Shown here piece by piece: positions 38,301 to 49,871 of a stretch of 64,000 nt of DNA (position 1 is its first letter; each line of letters begins with the position of its first letter). The notes below the pieces were generated by a model. It worked only from the letters and a program-made list of their open reading frames with translations, did no database searches and had not been told where the DNA came from. This stretch comes from Saccostrea echinata (Eukaryota). The stretch is taken from positions 1,240,001 to 1,304,000 of the forward strand of contig NW_026889824.1 of assembly GCF_033153115.1 (NCBI RefSeq), read 5' to 3'. Both the position numbers and the translations under genes were made by a program.

Positions 38301-41300
38301 TGTTTGACCTTGAACTTTCCTGTGACCTTGATCTCACTTTTTTTTAAATTTGCATTTTGCTTAGTTTTAAAGAAACCATTTAAGATGTATTCATGTAAGC
38401 TTATACACTTATACATAATTTGGTGAGAATTTATCATCTATATATAGATTTCAATTTTAAAGAAACTATTCAAGATATTCTTATCAAATTTCATACACTA
38501 ATACAAATTTTCATGTTGCATTACTAATACACCCTCGGCGGGGCATTCATGTCCTATGGACATATTTCTTGCTTTATTTCTTTTATGGAATTCAATTAGT
38601 CGCGAACTTTTTGATCACCCCTCGTATATACGGTATAGTATACCCATTCAGTATATTCTCTTTAAAACATCTGTCTCGTGCAATATTAATGGGACTTAGA
38701 GGAGCATATTGAGCAGGTATATACATAGTTTGAAATGTTAGTTCATTAACAGCTGGCAAAATAAGTATACCAAATATCTTCATATATATATATATTCATT
38801 TATATTAACGTATACTAGACACAAGGAGTCGAGATACAATGACTCCACCCCACGTTTCTTCTTTCTTACGAGAATGATGCAGCACATGACCGTTTTCGTC
38901 TGTAGAATACACAACGGCAAGCACATCCTCCATCTCGTTATCATCAGCAGCATTTCCGGTTCCTGAAGACGCTCCTCCCTGCTCATACACTACCAATAAG
39001 AATAAGACAGATCTTAGATTTTACTGAACATAATTAAACATTCCACAGACAAATTAAGCCTGCGTGGTGGGTAAGGTAATAAATCAGTTGGAGTAACCGT
39101 TATGGAACCGTTGAAAGGAAAATAAAGTATCAGGAATAGGAGTAAAGTATAAGGTTAATTATCCGATAACATTCTTAAAGCGGGGAAAAGCATAAAATAC
39201 AAGAAATAATACTCAAAGTGAGCGACAAAAAAAAAAAAGTGGCGGCATATAGGCCTATTGAAGGTTTTTACGGCGCACTGACCTGTAGCTCTCTGCTTTA
39301 ACTATTCGAATTTTCTCAAGCGGAGAACAACAGTTCTGCAGTGATAAATTCATTTGTCTTTGAAAAAATCAAATGTCTTTTTAAAAAATATGTTGGATTT
39401 AAATTAATTATGTAGGTACCATTTTTCTTCTTTTTCCGTTTGATCCAGACAAGTTTTCCGTCCCGTATCCCTGGCCTTCTCTGTAGATAACAGTAGTAGA
39501 GAACGGCACAGAAAGATATCACCACCGCACACACCGCAATGACAACCACCGCCACAGCACTGTCAAAACACGGTCATCAAGATTTATAGAAGTAAACAAT
39601 CGTGACAAAGAGATTATAACATTAATGAATGGTAATTATACAAATTTTCAAAACTGGTCTATTTAAATTTATCAAAGATTCAGAAGTCTTCGGAAAATAA
39701 AAAAATAAAATAAAATGAATGAACTGAAATTGTAATTTTTATCAAGCAATGGTTGTGTGTTGTTTGAATGCAGGATATGATCAAGATATTTTATTTCGAT
39801 GTGTTCAAGTTGAGAAATGTATCATTGATTTAAGATTTTATCATTTTTATAATGTTCTTCTGATTCAAATAACATTAAAATGATTATGAATTTTATTTTT
39901 TATTAAAGAAAAATCAAGAATACATATACACAATGTCATATATATTACAGAGTACTATTAGCTTATTATTGTCAACATACACAGTGCTATCGCTGCCTTT
40001 ACTTTTCTTGACAATCTTTGGCCTACAACAGGTATTGTTACAGCAGTCTGTTAGTCCTTTGTCCTGGTCAGGAAGTGGACATGTAAAGTTCATGAATACT
40101 GAGCCATTTATGTTGACACCAGAGCTATCATAGCACAGCGTTGTTTCTGGAAGAGAAAAAAAAACAACAAAGAAATGAACTTTGAAATTCTTTGTAAACA
40201 TCCTTTCAAACCAGATTTAGATAACGAACAGTTACCAAGCTCGAAAGTCCATTAAAACAATACAAATTGGTCGCCGAGCAAACACGGACCTCTAAGAACA
40301 TCAGAGGTGGGATCAGGTGCCATGGAGGAGTAAGCATCCCCTGTCGACCCGTATTTCCAGCCGTGTGTGCCTTGTCATGATCGGGCAAACGGAAAAATCT
40401 TTAGATATTTCAGTGTAAACATAATGGTCTAACAATTTGTATGAAAAACGTCAGTTAACATTCAACTTATCGATAGATTGAATTTGCTGACAAGGTCATT
40501 ATATCGACTGTAGAATTTGCAAACTGTTGACTTTAAAAGAGACTGTGTATAATCTTGTGTCATCATTTTATTTGTCAATAGCTTGCCCCGTTTTAGAAAT
40601 TGTTCGTACGTAGAACAGGCTCTTGCATTTTGAATCATCCAGGAGATATAAACTCTCTTGAAGGAATAATTGTATATTGCTACATAAATAAGTGGAATTA
40701 ACAGAAAGAAAAATTGTCATCACGTTTGTCATAAAGTTTTGTTGTAGGTAAGTTTTAAAAAAATCTTTATAACTTATTCTTTAAATAAAAAATGCATCTG
40801 ATCTCATTATCCAGCAAATCTCGATTTTTTTTTATGTCTCTCAATTAATGTAATACAATGTATACTAATTGTTAAAAAAGGGAAGAAAACGAACTGTATT
40901 ATTAATCTCATAAAACCTTTGAAAGATACGAAAATTGAACAGGGAAAACTAGACCTCTGGAAACACCAGAGGTAGAATCAGGCTCCAGGGCCATCAAACT
41001 TACTAGACGAGCTCACTTTTGATCTCAGTTTCACTTTTACTAAAGGAATATATAATGGAAAAGGGAGACTGAGATCAAAAGTGAGCTCGTCTTAGTCTTA
41101 TGGCCCCAATGCCAGGGGTGTCTAAAAGTAAGCATCCCATGTCAACCAGTCACACCCTCTGTATAGATCAGTATTAACGTATGTCTAACAGTCACACCCT
41201 CTGTATAGATCAGTATTAACGTCTGTCTAACAGTCACACCCTCTGTATTGATTAGTATTAACGTCTGTCTAACAGTCACACCCTCTGTATAGATCAGTAT

Positions 41301-44300
41301 TAACGTCTGTCTAACAGTCACACCCTCTGTATAGATCAGTATTAACGTCTGTATAACAGTCACACCCTCTGTATAGATCAGTTTTAACGTCTGTCTAACA
41401 GTCACACCCTCTGTATAGATCAGTATCAACGTCTGTCTAACAGTCACACTCTCTGTATTGATCAGTATTAACGTCTGTCTAACAGTCACACTCTCTGTAT
41501 AGATCAGTATTAACGTCTGTCTAACAGTCACACCCTTTGTATTGATCAGTATTAACGTCTGTCTAACAGTCACACCCTCTGTATTGATCAGTTTTAACGT
41601 CTGTCTAACAGTTCACACCCTCTGTATTGATCAGTTTTAACGTCTGTCTAACAGTCACACCCTCTGTATAGATCAGTATTAACGTCTGTCTAACAGTCAC
41701 ACCCTCTGTATAGATCAGTAGTAACGTCTGTCTAACAGTCACACTCTCTGTATGGATCAGTTTTAACGTCTGTCTAACAGTCACACCCTCTTATAGATCA
41801 GTTTTAAAGTCTGTCTAACAGTCACACTTTCTTATAGATCAGTATTAACGTCAGTCTAACAGTTACACTCTCTGTATAGATCAGTATTAACGTCTGTCTA
41901 ACAGTCACACCCTCTGTATTGATCAATTTTAACGTCTGTCTAACAGTCACACCCTCTGTATTGATCAGTATGAACGTCTGTCTAACAGTATTATCGTCTG
42001 TCTAACAGTCACACCCTCTGTATTGATCAGTATTAACGTCTGTCTAACAGACACACCCTCTGTATTGATCAGTATTAACGTCTGTCTAACAGTCACACTC
42101 TCTGTATTGATCAGTATTAACGTCTGCCTAACAGTATTAACGTCTGTCTAACAGTCACACCCTCTGTATAGATCAGTTTTAACGTCTGTCTAACAGTCAC
42201 ACCCTCTGTATTGATCAGTATTAACGTCTGTCTAACAGTTACACCCTCTGTATAGATCAGTATTAACGACTGTCTAACATTCACACTCTCTGTATAGATC
42301 AGTATTAACGTCTGTCTAACAGTCACACTCTCTGTATAGATCAGTTTTAAAGTCTGTCTTACAGTCACACCCTCTGTATTGATCAGTATTAACGTCTGTC
42401 TAACAGTCACACTCTCTGTATAGATCAGTATTAACGTCTGTCTAACAGTCACACCCTTTGTATTGATCAGTATTAACGTCTGTCTAACAGTCACACCCTC
42501 TGTATTGATCAGTTTTAACGTCTGTCTAACAGTTCACACCCTCTGTATTGATCAGTATTAACGTCTGTCTAACAGTCACACCCTCTGTATAGATCAGTAG
42601 TAACGTCTGTCTAACAGTCACACCCTCTGTATAGATCAGTAGTAACGTCTGTCTAACAGTCACACTCTCTGTATAGATCAGTATTAACGTCTGACTAACA
42701 GTCACACCCTCTTATAGATCAGTTTTAAAGTCTGTCTAACAGTCACACTATCTTATAGATCAGTATTAACGTCTGTCTAACAGTTACACTCTCTGTATAG
42801 ATCAGTATTAACGTCTGTCTAACAGACACACCCTCTGTATAGATCAGTTTTAACGTCTGTCTAACAGTCACACTCTCTGTATAGATCAGTATTAATGTCT
42901 AACAGTCACACCCTCTGTATAGATCAGTTTTAAAGTCTGTCTAACAGTCACACTCTCTGTATAGATCAGTATTAACGTCTAACAGTCACACCCTCTGTAT
43001 GGATCAGTTTTAAAGTCTGTCTAACAGTCACACCCTCTGTATAGATCAGTATTAATGTCTGTCTAACAGTCACACTCTCTGTATAGATCAGTATTAACGT
43101 CTGTCTAACAGTCACACCCTCTGTATAGATCAGTATTAACGTCTGTCTAACAGTCACACCCTCTGTATTGATCAGTATTAACGTCTGTCTAATAGTCACA
43201 CCCTCTGTATTGATCAGGTCAATTGAGTAATCCGTTGTCAAATTTAGTTTAAACAATAGATAATAATTAGTATGAAACATGTCAGCCAATATAGGACCAA
43301 AGGATGTATTTTGCAATCAACATATTTCGACCATAGAATTTACAAAATGCCTTTTTTTTTTTTTATAAAACTGTAGAAGTCCAGCAGCATCATCTTATCT
43401 GCCAATAGCCTGTCTTGGTTTAAAAATTGATAACAACATCAATCTGGACATATCATTTCAGTGAGGATTATTTTTAATCTTGAATGGAATTTAAGCTTAT
43501 ACTCATATTTTGAAAAATTCAAAAGACGATGAAATAGAAAATTTAGTGTATGATGCGTATTTCCATTCTTTGGTCTATAGAATTTTCCACCACAAAATGC
43601 AATCCCTGAAGGTAACGTTGAGGTTGAAAAAAATATATTCTTTTGATAATAAGCACACAGTATTATAAAGTAAGCTTTGTCAAGTATTTGTTGGACAGTT
43701 AACTCTATAACTTATATTTTCTACAAGCTTTTGTACAAACCTTTCGTTGGGTACAATCTTTTAAATTCGTTGTAGCCATAAATTGAGTCGTACAGAGTAG
43801 CATTTTGCGTCCGTGTCTCTCGTTTAGAAGTATCATGATCACCAAATACGACCGACAATGATATAATACCTTAAAAAGAAGATAAATGTATCAAACGATT
43901 TGTTCCATTACAATTCCGGATTTTTTTTTAGTGTTTCACAATATATTAATGCTTTATACGCATTAACCAAACCTTAACATTTTTAATTCATTGAATCATT
44001 TCAGATGTGATAAATTCTTTCTTGAGGTAAAGGTGGCGGTGGACTTAAATGTGCTGATTTTTTCCCCTTAAAATAAGGATACAAACTATACATGACTTCA
44101 AAAAAGCATTTTGAACGATATTCACCTTACAGTTAGCACTAAATCCATACTTTTACAACTTTGTTTTGGTTGTTAGATTTTTTTGGCTATTTTGTTTGTG
44201 CGCCCCTCACTCTACCGATGCAAATTCTAGTCTGCTCCTGGAGTCCATGTATACTAGAATTTTCGATTGCTGGATATTAAATCTTATGATTTTTAATGGA

Positions 44301-44797
44301 GCTTTTAGCATAATGTGAAAGGATGATTACTTATTCAAAAGTTGTGTGAGATGAATTTGAGAATAAAAGACTGGTAGGAATTCGAACTCACTCATAATCG
44401 ATAAACTATTATCTGTATGATCTTATCTTAAAACAATGTGCAGGAATCTAGGTCATCTGCGAGTTACGTTTTAAAAAAAATAACACGATCGATAACAGAA
44501 ATAAGCCATTCAACGGTTTAATAAGCCTAGCTGTAATGTTTTTTAATGTTTCAAAAAATACCTTTTACGGAAACTTATGTAATTAATCCACGGGACAGCA
44601 AATGTTCTATACAAAAAACTTAAAACTTTACAGGTTAACAATTTTTGACAAAAATAAACAGTTTAACAAGTTTTAGACAAAACTTAAGAAAGTAGTAAAA
44701 TAATCCACATTCTTATACAAAAACCATATGAAACCAAACAACTATATACATTACCTACTGGGTAAAACACAATGAAAAGTCCTTCTCGAAAGTTCAT
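35357..44797 (-). CDS. Shisa-like (6-Cys) single-pass type I membrane protein, paralogue A (~245 aa)
   Basis: Exons 44797-44755, 43869-43741, 40146-39981, 39559-39420, 38989-38870, 35496-35357, GT-AG and phase-consistent, total 738 nt. Signal peptide MNFREGLFIVFYPVGIISLSVVFG; C..FTCP..CC NNT CC ectodomain; TM VAVAVVVIAVCAVVISFCAVLYYCY; basic stop-transfer; acidic tail. The last exon is less certain because the last intron contains an N-gap. Confidence 0.8.
35569..36776. mobile_element. Non-autonomous DNA transposon (pogo/Tigger-like subterminal repeats); right end lost in gap
   Basis: The motif CGTTATATTGCCACCCTCGCTT is repeated at 35592, 35662 and 36724. Confidence 0.55.
36777..36915. other. 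Assembly gap
   Basis: Run of N. Confidence 1.
36943..38624 (+). mobile_element. Decayed mariner element (deletion derivative) carrying a nested satellite-bearing insertion
   Basis: TIRs TA|CGAGGGGTGATAAAAACTTCGCG / CGCGAACTTTTTGATCACCCCTCG|TA. The relic transposase HTH peptide VDQFVMKDRQLTVRKIVEYL lies at ~37340-37400. Confidence 0.75.
37500..38572 (+). mobile_element. HINE-like element with ~140-bp tandem repeats, nested in the mariner relic
   Basis: About 6 tandem units (TTCAAGATATTTTTATCAAACTTCATATGCTGATACATACTGATG..TGACCTTGACCTCACTTT). 3' end GGCGGGGCATTC, hairpin ATGTCCTATGGACAT, then ATTTCTTG. Confidence 0.7.
40205..40760 (-). mobile_element. Penelope-like retroelement 3' fragment (copy 1)
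   Basis: The minus strand gives a decayed RT C-terminal peptide (ARACSTYEQFLKRGKLLTNK..LKS..KFYSRYNDLV), followed by the conserved 3' segment GGTCGACAGGGGATGCTTACTCCTCCATGGCACCTGATCCCACCTCTG. Confidence 0.6.
40986..41107. mobile_element. ~120-bp palindromic MITE (copy 2)
   Basis: Arms GGGCCAT..AGACGAGCTCACTTTTGATCTCAGT / ACTGAGATCAAAAGTGAGCTCGTCT..ATGGCCC. Homologous to 20765-20885. Confidence 0.8.
41145..43216. repeat. 42-bp minisatellite (~49 copies)
   Basis: Unit GTCACACCCTCTGTATAGATCAGTATTAACGTCTGTCTAACA. It generates the spurious TVRQTLILIYTEGV ORFs. Confidence 0.97.
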
Positions 44798-46389
44798 GGC
44801 TGAACTTTATAAAAACGCGGTTTGCGTTTCCTAACCATCACACACAATAACGTTCCGAGGCCATTGTTCCATTATCAACATTGTGAGCAACAAGTGATGC
44901 GTATTATTTAATATTGATGATCTAGTATAATGTAGAGAGCAGCGGCAAAACTCGACCAAAATCTCTGTCTACTCGGAATTCATAAACTGTTCATGAAATA
45001 CTAAAAAGCGGGTTTTTGAAGCCGATAGCTTCTCGTGTAAAAACGTTTTGTTAAAGTTCTTCCGTAACATTAATTTCTTTGTTTCCTTTTTGTAAACACA
45101 CGTCGATTTTTCCATTGCTTATACAACACTATTTCGTGTAAATCTACAGATTTTGATTTTATAATCCTGCTATTTTGTGTGAAAGTTCACATATATTTCA
45201 TGGTTACAGTCAAACTGTTGTCCAGAGGTCAAACTATTGTCCAGAGGTACAAGTAGTGTAGTTGACCAAGGGCAACAGTTTCCCAGGTCTTCTGCACTAT
45301 CGAGGGACAAAAGCTTGACTCTTCCATTAGTAGCAATTAATTGAGTGTTTTATCTCAAACCTACTTTTAATTTCTAGCAGGCAGTAACCTTATAACCCTA
45401 AAAATAACTGAGTGTTAAATTTTTAAGAACTGTTACAATATCAACAATACTATATACGTAGCATTGAGCGTAAACTTGAAGCAAAATTGAAAAAAGTTAA
45501 AAGAAATTTCTCACACAGTTTTACATCAAAACAGAAATACAAATGTGGTAAAATGATTTAATACCAAATGCACCATTTTTTAAAAATATTTTTATCAAGT
45601 ATTTGATTTGTTTTTACAATTTTGTATGCATATAATAATATGTTCATTTTTTTAAAGTAACTAACTTCATACAAATGATGTATTGGACTATCGGTCAATA
45701 GTTGTAGTTCGACATTGCTCCTATACACTGTATATACTTAGATAGTTTTTTTTAACGTCTGATCAATCAATAGACCAGCCGTTGGCCTCGAAAAAATGGA
45801 ACATGTTGAGCTGATACAAATAACAAAGGAAAACATTATAGGGTTATTGAACTTATATTTTTGAAAACTTGCACAAATTGGCTGTATATGATGCAAACGC
45901 AAGAGGTGGCAGGGGACATTTTTTTAATGCCAAACATGTACCATGGGGGGAACATATACAATACAATGTAAGTTATTGTAAGCAGATAAGTGGGGACAGT
46001 TTCTTTGGAGCTTTATAGTCGCACAATATATCATAGCTCAACAATATGCCAACATATAGAATGTAATATATATCAGGATTCACGTGTACCTAAAAATTAG
46101 AGCCAAAAATGCACTTGGGAATCCCAAGATAATAGCTTACTTTCCTAAGATTTTGGCCTCACTCGCACCCATAGAACTCGCCCTGGCCCAGGCGTGGAAG
46201 ATAAAATACCCCCAAACTCTGTACATCAATGCATGTTTTCATGAAAATTCACCGATTAATCAGGGGCAAATAACCTTCCCCCTGATATACAGACCTTTTT
46301 AAGCCCTTTTGCACTGTCTCAGGTGACGATTGGTAAAGATGCCTTGCTAAAATACTAGTAAATAAAAAGGAACCAGGAAAAGAGGAAGA

Positions 46390-47590
46390 CGAGTAAAGAA
46401 GCATGAAGACGAGAAAAAGATGAGTAGAGAATATGAAGAAGAGAGTAAGAATAGTAAAGAAGAATACGGAGAGGAGAGTAAGATGTATAGAAAAGAACCT
46501 GGAGAAGAGAGTAAGATGAGTAGAGAAGAAAGTGGAGAATAGAGTAAGATGAGTAGAGAAGAACATGGAGAAAAAAGTAAGATGAGTAGAGAAGAACATG
46601 GAGAAAAAAGTAAGATGAGTAGAGAAGAACCTGGAGAATAGAGTAAGATGAGTAAAGAAGAACATGGAGAAAAGAGTAAGATGAGTAGAGAAGAACATGG
46701 AGAATAGAGTAAGATGAGTAGAGAAGAACATGGAGAAAAGAGTAAGATGAGAAGAGAAGAACCTGGAGAATAGAGTAAGATGAGTAGAGAAGAACCTGGA
46801 GAAAAGAGTAAGATGAGTAGAGAAGAACCTGGAGAACAGAGTAAGATGAGTAGAGAAGAACATGGAGAAGAGTAAGATGAGTAGAGAAGAACATGGAGAA
46901 GAGAGTAAGAAGATTGGAGAAGAACACGGAGAAAAGAGTAAGATGAGTAGAGAAGAAAGAGGAGAAAAGAGTAAGATGAGTAGAGAAGCATGAAGAATAG
47001 AAAAAGATGAGTAGATAAGAATATGGAGAAGAAAGAAAGATGAGTAGAGAAGAACCTGAAGAAAAGAGTAAGATAAGTGTATAAGAAATTGGAGAAGAGA
47101 GTAAAATGAGTAGAGACGTATAAAGAATAGAAAAAGATGAGTAGAGAAGAACGTGGAGAAAAGAGTAAGATAAGTAGAGAAGAACATGGAGAAGAAAGAA
47201 AGATGAGTAGAGAAGAAAGTGGAGAAAAACGTAAGATGAGTAAAGAAAAACGTGGAGAAAAGAGAAGGATGAGTAGAGAAGAACATGGCGAAGAGAGTAA
47301 GATGAGTGGAGAAGAATGTCGAGAGGGGATTAAGATGAGTAGAGAGGAAAGTGGAGAAAAGAGTAAACTGAGTAGAGAAGAAAGTGGAGAAGATAGTAAG
47401 ATGAGTAGAGGAGAAAATGGAGAAGAGAGTAAGATGGATAAAGATGAACATGGAGAAAAGAGTAAGATGCGTAAAGAAAAAAAGTAGAGAATAGAGTAAG
47501 ATGAGTAGAGAGGAACGTGGAGAAGAGAATAAGATGAGTGGAGAAGAACAAGGAGAAGAGTAAGATGTAGAGAAGAAAGTTGAGAGGAGA
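46390..47590. repeat. 33-bp purine-rich minisatellite
   Basis: Unit GAGTAAGATGAGTAGAGAAGAACATGGAGAAAA, degenerate toward both ends. Confidence 0.95.
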
Positions 47591-48053
47591 GTTACTTAAC
47601 AACCAAGTTCTTTAATTCCCATTAAACTCTTAGCATTGTTGTTTATGTTCTTATATTTACATTTGAGACTATGAATTTGAACAAAATATTACATTAACGA
47701 CCCTTCAATGATCAAACGTGCCATAAGCTGTGATCTGAAAATGTTGCAAAGTTAGTTCCTTCAAAATTGTTTGAAATCTTATATAAAGGATGTAACTAGG
47801 GGTAATTTTATGCATTCAGCGTTTTTGTTGATTTTTAATGAAATCTAATGATTTTAAATGAAATTTATTTAGCAAAACTCTTTGGTTCTGCATGCCCTTT
47901 AGTAAACAGGCTATAAGGTTGACATTTATAATTATATGTTATGATTTCGAAAATGCTGAGTTTTTGACAAGAATCGTCTGATGCAGTTTACTAGCGGTCA
48001 AAAGCATTTCGGGTAAAAAAAGTAACAGATGGTTGATAAAACTATAATCATGA

Positions 48054-48212
48054 CATGGAGCACACGATGGTTGTAACCGGTCGACAGGGGATGCTTACTC
48101 CTTCATGGCACCTGATCCACCTTTGATATTTTTAGAGATCCGTGTTTGCTCTGCTCCCGATTTGTATTGTTTCAATGAGCTTGATTACTGTTAGTTATAT
48201 CATTTTCATTCA
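48054..48212 (+). mobile_element. Penelope-like retroelement 3' tip (copy 3)
   Basis: ACCGGTCGACAGGGGATGCTTACTCCTTCATGGCACCTGATCCACCTTTG..TCCGTGTTTGCTC matches the reverse complement of 40270-40350. Confidence 0.65.
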
Positions 48213-48415
48213 AGGAACCAAAAGATATTTAATTGCTATCTGTTTGATTGAAAAAATCCCGTATATCTCTTAATACATGTAGAATATCTATCTGCTCATG
48301 TAAAATATATCTATCTGTACATGCAAAATATATCTATAATGTGCATATGAAATATATCTATCTATGCATGTAAACTATATCTATCTGTTCTTATAAAATA
48401 GGACTATTGTACATG

Positions 48416-48556
48416 NNNNNNNNNNNNNNNNNNNNNNNNNNNNNNNNNNNNNNNNNNNNNNNNNNNNNNNNNNNNNNNNNNNNNNNNNNNNNNNNNNNNN
48501 NNNNNNNNNNNNNNNNNNNNNNNNNNNNNNNNNNNNNNNNNNNNNNNNNNNNNNNN
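48416..48556. other. Assembly gap (flanked by degenerate ~22-bp AAATATATCTATCTGTACATG repeats)
   Basis: Run of N. Confidence 1.
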
Positions 48557-49549
48557 AATCTATTTGCACACGTAGACATATCAGGCTATTCATGAGAAAT
48601 ATATCTATCTGATTATGTAAAAATATATTTTTGTTTAAAATATAGCTACCTGTACCTGTTACTAATTACATTGGAAATATATCAGTCTACATGTATATAT
48701 ACAAATGAAATGTATATCTATCTGTACATATAATATATGCTTTATGCAAATTACTTTTTAAGTGTCAGTATAAATAATTTATTTACATAACTGTAAATAA
48801 ATTTATGAACTCTCAATTATTTCTTGTATTTTATTTCATAAATTCGTGACATGAGTAAATCATTTAGAGAAAAAAATATAAAAAAAAACTTTGGTGCAAG
48901 GTACATGCACAAATGCGTGATCAAATTTCACTAAATTTATTGCATGTATAAAATATCACACACACACACACGTACCTCATAAAGATAGCCTTACTTAAAA
49001 CATTCTCCCATTCAAAAAACACAAGTCGCATATCATCTCACTATTATACTATAACAAAATGCGATCATTTCTATCTCCCCATTTACTAACACAGAATACT
49101 TAACATCAACACAAAGTTGGAAGAATTAAGGACTTCAATAGTATTATAATGACAATATTTGCTTGCAATATTCACATTTGCGGACAAAGTTATTATAATA
49201 TATGTAGTAAATATCAATAATTTAATTAAAACAATCTTTTCCATTTTCAATAGTCCTGTATTCAGTTTTCTTGATATTTCTAATAACCAATCCTAAATGT
49301 ATAAAAATTGTATGCACATACATGTATAAGGCAGCACATGAATGAGAACTCCACACCGAATACCTATTTAGTCTTCTTAAAATCTTATTACAATCAATGA
49401 TCAAGCAAAATATCCAAGAAACACGACAAATTAGGGAAGAATTTAGTTGCATATGTGTTTAAATGATCTTAAATGCTTGTCTCGTTGCTCTGTCATTTTC
49501 TAAGAACCAGGTTTAGGATGTGATTCAGGTGTCTTGCATTTGACCTGTA

Positions 49550-49682
49550 NNNNNNNNNNNNNNNNNNNNNNNNNNNNNNNNNNNNNNNNNNNNNNNNNNN
49601 NNNNNNNNNNNNNNNNNNNNNNNNNNNNNNNNNNNNNNNNNNNNNNNNNNNNNNNNNNNNNNNNNNNNNNNNNNNNNNNNNN
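49550..49682. other. Assembly gap
   Basis: Run of N. Confidence 1.
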
Positions 49683-49871
49683 TACATACAGTATATTTTC
49701 ATACTGCTTGCAAGCTTAAAGTTGACTTTTAAATTCCTGATTCTGAGTTTCATTCAAAAACAGGCAACAACAGTTTGAAAGTGGAACTTGTCACTGATAT
49801 TCCAGAAAAAAAGGATGCGAAATCCAATTGAATATATGTGTATAAATTATACTAAAATATATGTGTATATA

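Larger units (their letters stand above)
40900..43430 (-). mobile_element. Penelope-like retroelement 3' fragment (copy 2), split by a MITE and a minisatellite
   Basis: CCTCTGGAAACACCAGAGGTAGAATCAGG..GTAAGCATCCCATGTCAACC before the array and TGATCAGGTCAATTGAGTAATCCG..GTATGAAACATGTCAG..CGACCATAGAATTTACAAAATGC after it are colinear with copy 1. Confidence 0.6.

Noticed and set aside
41142-43316. Repetitive TVRQTLILIYTEGV ORFs
   Set aside because: Translations of the 42-bp minisatellite, broken by indels and lying in an intron.
46249-47602. Long ORFs (400, 214, 190, 116 aa) of F/S/L/T- or E/S/K-rich repeats
   Set aside because: They are translations of the 33-bp minisatellite in several frames, open only because of composition. 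The plus-strand frame has stops and there is no splice context.
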